Source of the DNA: Sphyrna mokarran
Taxonomy: Eukaryota
Direction of reading: 5' to 3'
Assembly (NCBI GenBank): GCA_024679065.1
Contig: JAGIQG010000008.1
Location: forward strand, 53,630,001-53,694,000
DNA: 64,000 nucleotides
Position numbers and translations under genes: made by a program. Shown piece by piece: positions 42,701-54,700 of the stretch. Under the pieces are notes generated by a model. It worked only from the letters and a program-made list of their open reading frames with translations, had not been told where the DNA came from and ran no database searches. Each line of letters starts with the position of its first letter. The first letter of the stretch is position 1.

Positions 42701-45700
42701 GGTCCACATGGATTGTTCACACACATGTCAACAATTGCAGCTATAGTGAAAATATAGGCAGTTTATACAAACTAAAGAAGAGCTGAATAATCGCACAAAA
42801 ATTGGCTGTCATTTTATTGGCATGGCCACCCCAAAATCAGGGTTGGAGAATCTCAAAGAACAGCATTCACCGTTGGCGTGGAATATGATCTTGCGGCTTG
42901 GGTGGCTGTACTAGTAAAACCAGGACAAATATGATCATAACAAAGTCTACAATTTTTTACAGAGTTCCTGAGCTATGGAGAATCAAAACAAGAGAATGTT
43001 CCCTCCATTCTGTGAAGGGACATTTGAAATTCTACATTGGGGGAGTGTACGACAGAGGAAGTGTCATTATGCCCCCATGAGAAATCTGAATAAAGTTGAG
43101 CACCTTAGGGGAAGACACTGAATTTGCTCAGTTAGGATTAACTACTGGGCCTATTTTTAACCATCGGTCTTTTTTAACCAGTGCCTCGTTAGATTTTGCA
43201 ATTTACTTTCCAATTTTCTTTTGGTATAAAAGTTTGTCCTGTGGATGAACTTATTGCTGAGCTTTCCAACTTAATAATTTGGTCTAAAGTGTTTACTTTG
43301 CATCCGGAATCAGTTTTGAGGCAATCACAAATACTCTGGGCAACAGACAAATATCTTCATTCCCAAACATTTTAGAATGATCACTAAAGGGATCTTCCCA
43401 GTGACTCCATTAGCTCAGACAGTCGATAAGTATGTCATATAGACAAGGATGTTTCTAGATGTGATTCCTATTCCAGCCTTGAACAGACATCCAGATATTG
43501 TGGGTATAAATTAAAAAGAGATGGACACTGGATGATTTGCCACTGGGAGGATTCAGTATCACTTACCTGTACAATTCCTTCCATCTCCAGTATATCCAGC
43601 CTTACACATACATTGGAAAGAGCCGGGACTGTTGAAACAGGAGGCTGAGCTGTGACAGTCGTGGCTTCCACTTTGACATTCATTCACATCTGAAGTTGAG
43701 AAGAAAGGAAGAGTTCATTGGAGGATCCCGAGCTTTGTCGGTATTAAACTCTCTACACACACCCAGATTTAGACTTGAATCACATGAATCTTCTCCAGAT
43801 ATCCTGAATGAGCAAGGTGTAAAATCACAGAGTGCCCACTTCTGACAGGCTGTGCCATTTTGTGGATTGACACATTCAAAATCAGATTATTCTCAGATCT
43901 TCATTCCTTCCTTGGAGAGAATTATGTGTGGCAGTAGAATGACTTTTTTCAGGCTGATTAACAGTCTGACGGGTTGTGATGTGAATGCTCCCTCCAAGGT
44001 CATAACTAGCTAAATCAGCAGTGCTGCTGTAGTGAAGACTTCCAGGCCAGTGTCCACCTCAGTGTCCAGACTCAAACATTCCCATATGTGGGAATCCAGG
44101 AATCGTAGACACTTGGAACAGAAGGAAAACATGCTCCTTTCCGGACCATGTATGATGCACATGAACAATTTCTAAGGACAGTTAGCATGCCACCCAATAA
44201 GTCACTGTCCATGTCTTAGATCCAATAGGAATTCTCAGTGGAAAGTCCCATTGTGAGGGAAATCACAGTCTATGGTAAACTTATCAGTTCACTCTCCAAT
44301 GGCAAAGCAAACTACAGAACACATGTTTTAATTCCACCTCTGTCCGGGTCTGGTTTGAAATTTGACAGAATCTCCAGTCCTGTATGGAAGCAGTAAGTTC
44401 AGTTCATTCCCCAATGGGTTCAATGATTCCCATCACACACCTGTACAGACAGATCCATTCCAGGTGTAGCCAGTCACACAGGAACATCTGAAGCTTCCAT
44501 TCACCTGGGTACAGGAGGCATTGGGTCCACACGGATTGTTCACACACATGTCAATAACTGTGGATATAAAATGAATATGATTGCTTAAACACATCATGAA
44601 TAAGATCACTTCAATGAGGAATTGTTTTCAGATAAAAAGAAAACAGTGAGGGAGATGGAGTCAATTAAATGAAAAGGGAGCTTTAACTGAATGCCTTTCA
44701 GATAAAAAGGACAGTTTTGAAATCTTCAGAGTGAGGTGTGGATCACGCGCAGTTATTTCTCTGCCATTTTTCTCTGCTCAGGATTCAATTAATATTCCAT
44801 TTTCTTTCCAATGACTTATTGAGACAGAGAAACCTTTTCAATCTCTGTACACTTCCCAACATGTTACAATTCAGAATGTTAAAATATCTCCCTTCTGAAA
44901 TCCCAGCTGGACCAGGCACTGGATCTGGACCAGGAATTGTAAGAACAGGCCTGGGATAAACTCCAAGGCCTTGCAATTTCCTCAATTGGATACTAAAGAA
45001 ATTAAATAAATGGATCCTGGATCAGTTACCTGTACAGTTACGTCCATCGCCAGTATATCCAGCCTTACACACACATTGGAAAGAGCCGGGGCTGTTGAAA
45101 CAGGAGGCTGAGCTGTGACAGTCGTGGCTTCCGCTTTGACATTCATTCACATCTGAATTTCAGAAGAAAGGAAGAATTCATTGGAAGATCCCCAGCTTTG
45201 TCAGTATTAAACTTTGTACACATCCAGATTTAAGCTTGAACCATATGACTCTTGGAGAACAATCAGAGTCCCACTTCTAATAGGCACTGCCATTTTGTGG
45301 GTTTACACTTGCTAGCCAGCAGCGTGTGACACAAATAAATAAACCTTAAATTCTATTATTGTTGATTCTTCACTCCTCCCTTGGAGAGAATTGTGTGTGG
45401 CAGTGGAATAATTTTCAGGTTGACTAATAGTCAGATAGGTTGTGATGTGATGCTCCCTCCAAGATCATAACTGTTGAAATCTGCAGCTACTGCTCCAGTG
45501 AAGACTTCCATCTCAGTGTCCACCTCACTTGTGCTGTTTCAATGTGTGGGAAGCCAATACACTGGGAAAAGCAGGAAATTTCCCCATCTCCCGACATTGC
45601 TGGGTACAATTTGTAGAGACCTTCCACGCACCCACACCCCCCCCTCACCACATTGAGTCACTTACATGTCTTAGCACCGTCAGTGGCAGCAGGATGTCTC

Positions 45701-48700
45701 ATTGTGAAGGAAATCACAGTCTGATGGTAAACTTATCAATTTCTTCTCCAATGGCAAAGCAAACTATAGAAAACATGCTTTGATCCCACCCCATGTTGGT
45801 GTGGTTTGAAACTTGACAGAATCTCCAGTCCTGTATGGGAGCAGTAAGTTCAGTTCATTCCCCAATGGGTTCAATGATTCCCATCACACACCTGTACAGA
45901 CAGATCCATTCCAGGTGTAGCCAGTCACACAGGAGCATCTGAAACTTCCATTCACCTGGGTACAGGAGGCATTGGGCCCACACGGATTGCTCATACACAT
46001 ATCAATAACTGCAGATAGAAAATCAGAGGGATGTTGTAAGCGTCATACAGTTGAATAAGATTGTCTCAGTACACAAGGGTAATCATACAGAAATGGAGCA
46101 GCGTCCAGGTGGGGCGGTGCACTTAATTGCAAGATGGCAACATTATCCTGGTTACCTATTAGATACATGAAGCAGATTCAAACCATCAGAGGGAGCAATC
46201 TGGAACACTCAGTTCTCTCCATGCAATTTTATAACTCAAGGTTACTGCTTCAATAAAGGTTCCATTTTCAATCCAGCAAATCATTTGCAGAGTGACACAT
46301 TTCAGATTTGGAACATCACTAAACATGTTACCACTCAGAATGTTATATTTTCCCTTTTCCAAAAGCCCAGATGATCCGGGCAATTTGTAGATGCATCATC
46401 CAGACCAGGAAAGTGATGATATTGATTCAGTTGTAATTTGACATCTTGCAATTTGCTTACGATGATTATAAATGAATAAGAATATTTTTCCTGAGAGGAT
46501 TCAGTGTCAGTTACCTGTACAATTCCTTCCATCTCCAGTATATCCAGCCTTACACGCACATTGGAAAGAGCCGGGGCTGTTGAAACAGAAGGCTGAGCTG
46601 TGACAGTCATGGCTTCCACTTTGACATTCATTCACATCTGAAGTTGAGAAAAAAGAAGAGTTCATTGGAGGATCCCAGCTTTGTCAATATCAAACTTTGT
46701 ATGCACTCAGGTATAAGCTTGAACCATGTGATCTTGGAGAACAATCAGAGTGCACATTTCTGACAGGCTCTGCCATTTTGTGGGCTTATACTTTCCAGAT
46801 AGTAGCTAAGAACATAGAACAGTACAGCACAGCACAGGCCCTTCTGCCCTCAATGTTATGCCGAGGTTTGTCTGAAAGCAAGATCAAGTTATCCCACTCC
46901 CTATCATTCTGATGTGCTCCATGTGCCTATCCAATAACCACTTGAAAGTTCCTAAAGTGTCCTACTCCACTATCACAGCAGGCAGTCCATTCCACAACAC
47001 AACCACTCTCTGAGTAAAGAATCTACCTTGGATATCCCTCCTATATCTCCCACTATGAATTTTATAGTTATGTCCTCAAATAACAGCTACATCCACCCAA
47101 GGAATTAGTCTCTGAATGTCCATTCTATCTATCCTCCCATCATCTTATAAACCTCCATTAAATCGCTTCTCATCCTCCTCCGCCCTAAAGAGATAAACCC
47201 TAGCTCTCTCAACGTTTCTTCATAAGATTCACCCTCCAAACCAGGCAGCATCTTAGTAAATCTCTTCTGCACTCTCTCCAATGCTTCCGCATCCTTCCTT
47301 TGGTGAGGTGAACAGATCTGCACACAATATTCCAAACGTGGTCTCCCCAAAGTCCTGTACAGTTGAAGCATAGCCCCATAGCTCTTAAACTCAAATCCCC
47401 TGTAAATAAATGCTAACACATGATAGGCCTTCTTCATGACTCTATTCACTTGAGTGGCAACCTTCAGAGACCTATGGGTATGAACTCCAAGATCTCTCTG
47501 TTCCTCCACATTCTTCACAACCCTTCTGTTTACCCTGTAATCCACATTCAGATTTGTCCTACCAAAATGAATCACCTCGCACTTATCAGAATTAAACTCC
47601 ATCTGCCACTTTTTGCCCAGCTCTGCATTTTATCAATGTCTCTTTGCAGCCTGTTGTAGGCTGCCAAGAGCTTTTGACATGAATAGAACTTTAAACTCTA
47701 TTCTTGTTGTATCTTCATTCTTCCCATGAAGAAAACTGTTTGTGGCAGTGGAACGCTTGTCAGGATGATTAACAATCAGAGTGTGGTGTGAATGCTCCTT
47801 CCAGGGTCATAACTATTTCAACCAGCAGCTACTACTACAATGAAAATTTCCATCCCAGTGCCCACCTCATTTGCACTCAATGTCAATCATTCCCATGTGA
47901 GGGAAGGAAATTTCCCCTTACCGAAATCATGCTGGGTGTAGCTCAACACCATGTAGACACTGTCCACCCCCCTCACACAGAGATTCAGTCTCTATTTCTT
48001 CACATTGTGAGGAAGTGTCAGGAGGGTGTTTCATTGAGAGGGGAATCATAATGGCCAGAAGTTTCCAGCTGTTCATGCCGACGGGATTCTCTGGTCCCAG
48101 GGCTGTGAATGGAAATTTGGCTGAGAGTCAAATTCTCCGTCCTCCCTTGCAGCAGCAGCAGCCAGGTGTGACTGGCCGGAAAATTCCAGCCAACTTGGTT
48201 ACTAAACTTTTTAAATCATTTTTCAAACACGAAGTGAACTTCAGAATGTACAACTTGATCCAAACCCTGTCCCAGTCCAATTTGGAACTTGACAAAGTTT
48301 CCAGTCCTGTATGGAAGCAGTAAGTTCGGTTCATTTCCCAATGGTTTCAATGATTCCCATCACACACTGTACAGACAGATCCATTCCAGGTATAGCCAGT
48401 CACACAGGAGCATCTGAAACTTCCATCCTGCTGGGTACAGGAGGCATTGGGTCCACGTGGATTGTTCACACACACGTCAATAACAGTGAATATAAAATGA
48501 ATGTGATTGTTTAAACACATCATGAATAAGATCACTTCAATGAGGAACTGTTATCAGATAAACAGAAAACAGCTTTAAGTGAGGGAAACGTAGTCAATTA
48601 AATGAAAAGGAAACTTTAACCTGAAGACCTTTCAGATTCTTGGAACAGTTTTCAACGCTTCAGAATGAGGTGTTATCTCCCTGCTATTTCTCTCTGCCCA

Positions 48701-51700
48701 GGATTCAGTTAATGTTCCATTTTCTATCCAATGACACATTGAGGCAGTGAAACCTTTTCAATCACCGTACACTTCTAAGCATGTTACAATGTGGAATGTT
48801 AAAATCACTGTCTCTGAAGAGCCAGCTGGTCCAGGCACGGTGGTTGGGATCATTTAGACCAGGAATTGTGAGAACATGCCTGGGATAAACTCTGGGATCT
48901 TGCAATTTCCTCAGTTGAGTACAAAAGAAATTAAAAGGGAATATTAACCCCAAATGGATTCTGGATCAATTACCTGTACATTTCCTTCCGTCGCCAGTAT
49001 ATCCAGCCTTACACACACATTGGAAAGAGCCGGGGCTGTTGAAACAGGAGGCTGAGCTGTGACAGTCGTGGCTTCCGCTTTGACATTCATTCACATCTGA
49101 ATTTGAGAAGAAAGGAAGACTTCATTGGAAGATCCCCAGTTTTGTCAACATTAAACTGTATACACATACAGATTTTGGCTGGAACCACATGACTCTCGGA
49201 GACCAATCGAGTGCCCAATTTTAACAGGCTCTGCCATTTTGTGTGTTTACACTTTCTAGCCAGCAGATTGTCACACAAATAAATAAACTTTAAATTCTAT
49301 TATTGTTGTATCTACACTCCTCCTTTGGAGAGGATTGTATGTGACAGTGAAATAATTTTCAGGCCGATTAACAGTTGGACAGGTTGTGATGTGAATGCTC
49401 CCTCCAAGGTCATAACTATTTCAATCAACAGTTACGGCTGTAGTGAAGACTTCCATCCCAGTGTCCACCTCATTTGAGCTCAGTGTCAATCACTCCAATG
49501 TGAGGGAATCCAGTATTCCAAGGTACTGGGAAATAGAACTAAGGAAATTTCCCCCCCTACTGAGACCATGCTGAGTAAACACTGTCCAACCCCTCACCCA
49601 GTGAGTCAGTGTCCATCTCTTAACATTGTCAGGAAGTGTCAGCGGGATGTTTCATTGGGAGGGGAAGCGTAATGGCTGCAATTTTCCAGCTGTTCATGCC
49701 GATGGGATTCTCCACTCCCAGGGCTGTGAATGGAGATTTGCTGAGTTAAATTCTCCATCGTCGCTTGCAGCGACAGCAGGGCAAAAACGGCTTGGAGTCT
49801 CTGGCCAAGCTGAATACTAAACATCTTTAAATCATTGTTTCAAGGACAAAGCAAACTTCAGGATGTACACCTTGATCATACTCCTGTCCTGGCCTGATTC
49901 GGAAATTGACAAAATCTCCAGTCCTGTATGGAAGCAGTAACTTCAGCTCAATTCCCAATGGGTTCAATGATTCCCATCACACACCTGTACAGACAGATCC
50001 ATTCCAGGTGTAGCCAGTCACACAGGAACATCTGAAGCTTCCGTCCTGCTGGGTACAGGAGGCATTAGGTCCACACGGATTGTTCATACACACGTCAACA
50101 ACTGTGGATATAAAATGAATGAGATTTTTTAAACTCAACATGAATACAAACTCTTCAATGAGGAACTTCTTTCAGATAAAGAGTAAACAGCTTTAAGTGA
50201 GGGAGATGTAGTCAATTGAATGAAAAGGAAACTTTAACCCGAATGCCTTTCAGATACATGGGATAATTTTGAAACCTTCAAAATGAGGTGTGGATCAGGC
50301 ACAGTTATTTCCCTGCTATTTCTCTCTGCTCAGGATTCAATCAGTGTTCCATTTTCTTTCCAATGACATATTGAGACAGAGAAACCTTTTCAATCTCTGT
50401 ACATTTCCCAACATGTTACAATTCAGAATGTTAAAATATCTCCCTTCTGAAATCCCAGCAGGTCCAGGCACTGGATCGAGCCATGAATTGTAAAAACAGG
50501 CCTGGGATAAATTCCAAGACCTTGCAATTTCCTCCATAAGACGCTAAAGAAGTTAAAAGCAAATATTTAACCCCCAGATAGATTCTGGATCAGTTACCTG
50601 TACAATTCCTTCCATCTCCAGTATATCCAGCCTTACACACACATTGGAAAGAGCCGGGGCTGTTGATACAGGAGGCTGAGCTGTGACAGTCGTGGCTTCC
50701 ACTTTGACATTCATTCACATCTGAAGTTGAGAAGAAAGGACGAGTTCATTGGAGGATCTCCAGTTTTGTCAACATTAAACTATATACAAATCCAGATTTA
50801 GGCTGAAACCACATAACTCTCAGAGAACAATCAAGTGCCCAATTTTAAAAGGCTCTGCCATTTTGTGAGTTTATACTTTCTAGCCAGCAGATTGTCACAC
50901 AAATAAATAAACGTTAAATTCTATTATTGTTGTATCTACACTCCTCCCTTGGAGAGAAGCGTGTGTGACAGTGGAATAATTTTCAGGCCGATTAACAATC
51001 GGACAGGTTGTGATGCGAATACTCCCTCCAAGTTACAACTATGTCAAATTAGCAGTTACTGCTGTAGGGAAGACTTCCAACCCAGTATCCATCTCATTTG
51101 CGCTCAGTGTCAATCACCCCATGTGTGGGAACCCAGGATTCCAAGGCACTGGAAAAAATAGGTAAGAAAATTTTCCCCCTACTGAGACCATGCTGAGTGC
51201 AGTCCAACACCATGTAAACACTGTCCAACCCCTTACACAGTGAGTCAGTGTCCATCTCTTAACATTGACAGGAAGTGTCAGAGGGATGTTTCATTGGGAG
51301 GGGAATCATAACAGCTGGAATTTTTCAGCTGTTTGTGTTGACAGGATTCTCTGCTCCCAGGGCAGTGAACGGAGATTTGCTGAGTTAGATTCTCCATCCT
51401 CGCTTGCAGCGACAGCAGGGCAAGAATGGCTTGGAACCTCTGGCCAAGCTGAATATTGAACATTTTTAAATCATTGTTTCAAGGGCAAAGCAAATTTTAG
51501 GATGTGCATCTTGATCACACTCGTGTCCCTGACTGGTTTGAAACCTGACTGAATCTCCAGTCCTATATGGAAGCAGTAAGTTCAGTTCATTCCCCAATGA
51601 AGTCAATGATTGCCATCACACACCTGTACAGACAGATCCATCCCAGGTGTAGCCAGTCACACAGGAGCATCTGAAGCTTCCATTTACCTGGGTACAGGAG

Positions 51701-54700
51701 GCATTGGGTCCACACGGATTGTTCATACACATGTCAATAATTGCAGCTATTGTGATAATATAGACGGTTTATACAAACCAAAGAATAGCTGAATAATCGC
51801 ACAAAAAATGGCCTTCATTTTACCAACACGGACACCCTAAAATCGGGGTCGGTCAATCTTAAAGAACAGCATTCACCGTTGGCCTCGGGTGGCTGTGACA
51901 GTAAAACCAGCACAAATATGGTCACTACAAAGCCTCCAATTTCTCACAGAGTTCCTGAGATAGGGAGATTGAAAACAAGAGAATGTTCCCTCCATTCTGT
52001 GAAGGGGCATTTGAAAATCTAGGCGAGGACACTGAATTTGCTCAATGAGGATTAACTATTGGACTTATTTTTAACCAGTTCTTTTTTTAACCAGTGCCTT
52101 GTTAGATTTTGCAATTTACTTTCCAATTTTCTTTTGGTATAAAAGTTTGTCCTGTGAATGAGCTTATTGCTGAGCTTTCCAATTTACTAATTCAGTTTAA
52201 AGTGTTTCATTTGTATCTGGAATCAATTTTGAGGCAATCATAAATATTCTGGACAACAGACAAAAATCCTCATTCCCAAACATTTTAGAATGATCACTAA
52301 AGGGATCTTCCCAGTGAGTCCGTTAGCTCAGACAGTTGACAAGTATGTCATATAGACAAGGATGTTTCTGGATGTGATTCCTATTCCAGCCCTGAACAGG
52401 CATCCTGATATTGTGGGTATAAATTAAAAAGAGATGGACACTGGATGATTTGCCACTGGGAGGATTCAGTGTCAGTTACCTGTACAATTCCTTCCATCTC
52501 CAGTATATCCAGCCTTACACACACATTGGAAAGAGCCGGGACTGTTGAAACAGGAGGCTGAGCTGTGACAGTCGTGGCTTCCATTTTGACATTCATTCAC
52601 ATCTGAAGTTGAGAAGAAAGGAAGAGTTCGTTGGAGGATCCCGAGCTTGGTATTAAACTCTCTACACATACCAGATTTAGTCTTGAATCACATGAATCTA
52701 GGACAGCAATCTTCTCCAGATATCTTGAATGAGCAAGGTGTAAAATCACAGAGTGCCCATTTCTGACAGGCTATGCCATTTTGTGGATTGACACATTCAA
52801 AATCAGATTATGCTCAGATCTTCATTCCTCCCTTTGTGAGAATTATGTGTGGCAGTGGATTGATTTTTTTTTCAGGCTGATTAACCGTCTTATAGGTTGT
52901 GATGTGAATGCTTCCTCCAAGGTCATAACTACTTAAATCAGCAGCAATGCTGTAGTGAAGACTTCCATCTCAGTGTCTATCTCAATGTCCAGACTTAAAC
53001 ATTCCCATGCGTGGGAATCCAGGAATACTAGGCATTGGGAACAGAAGGAAAGCAAATATCCCTCTTTCTGGACCATGCAAGATGCACATGAACAATTTAT
53101 AAAGACAGTTAGAATTCCACCCAATAAGTCACTCTCCGTATCTTAGATCTAATAGGAACTCTCAGTGGAAATTCTCATTGTGAGGGAAATCACAGTCTGA
53201 CGTAAAACTTTTCAATTCTTTCTCCAATGGCAAAGCAAACTACAGAACATATGTTTTAATCCCACCCCTGTCCGGGTCTGGTTTGAAACTTGACAGAATT
53301 GCCAGTCCTGTATGGAAGCAGTAAGTTCAGTTCATTCCCCAATGGGTTCAATGATTCCCATCACACACCTGTACAGACAGATCCATTCCAGGTGTAGCCA
53401 GTCACACAGGAGCATCTGAAACTTCCATCCTGCTGGGTACAGGAGGCATTGGGTCCACACGGATTGTTAGCACACACGTCAATAACTGTGAATATAAAAT
53501 GAATGAGATTGTTTAAACACATCATGAATTAAGATCACTTCAATGAGGAACTGTTTTCAGATAAACAGAAAACAGTGAAGGAGATGGAGTCAATTAAATG
53601 AAAAGGAAACTTTAACTGAATGCCTTTCAGATAAAAAGGACAGTTTTGAAATCTTCAGAATGACGTGTGGATCACGCACAGTTATCTCTCTGCCATTTCT
53701 CTCTGCTCAAGATTCAGTTAATATTCCATTTTCTTTCCAATGACATATTGAGACAAAGAAACCTTTTCAATCTCTGTACACTTCCCAAGGCATTACAGTT
53801 CAGAATGTTAAAATGTCTCCCTTCTGAAATCCCAGCTAGACCAGGCACTGTATCCGGACCAGGAATTGTAAGAACAGGCCTGGGATAAATTCCAAGACCT
53901 TGCAATTTCCTCAATTAGATACAAAAAAAATTAAAAGGAAATATTTAACCCCCAAATGGATTCAGTATCAGTTACCTGTACAATTCCTTCCATCTCCAGT
54001 ATATCCAGCCTTACACACACATTGGAAAGAGCCGGGGTTGTTGAAACAGGAGGCTGAGCTGTGACAGTCGTGGCTTCCGCTTTGACATTCATTCACATCT
54101 GAATTTCAGAAAAAAGGAAGAATTCATTGGAGGATCCCCAGCTTTGTCAGTATTAAACTTTGTACACATCCAGATTTAAGCTTGAACCATATGACTCTTG
54201 GAGAGCAATCAAAGTACCACTTCTAAAAGGCACCGCCATTTTGTGAGTTTACACTTTCTAGCCAGCAGCGTGTGACACAAATAAATAAACTTTAAATTCT
54301 ATTATTGTTGATTCTTCACTCCTCCCTTGGAGAGAATTGTGTGTGGCAGTGGAATAATTTTCAGGCTGATTAATAGTCAGATAGGTTGTGATGTGATGCT
54401 CCCTCCAAGATCATAACTGTTGAAATCTGCAGCTGCTGCTCCAGTGAAGACTTCATCTCAGTGTCCACCTCATTTGTGCTGTTTCAATGTGTGGGAATCC
54501 AATACACTGGGAAAAGCAGGAAATTTCCCCATCTCCAGACATTGCTGGGTACAATTTGTAGAGACCTTCCATGCAGCCCCCCCCCCCCCCCCCCCCCACC
54601 ACCACATTGAGTCACTTACATGTCTTAGCCCCGTCAGTGGCAGTGGGATGTCTCATTGTGAGGGAAATCACAGTCTGATGGTAAACTTCTCAATCCTTTC

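Noticed and set aside
44300-44440. Micro-intron and extra exon using TACAG 61 nt after the B donor
   Set aside because: 61 nt is shorter than typical vertebrate introns, and the downstream frame is not conserved between copies
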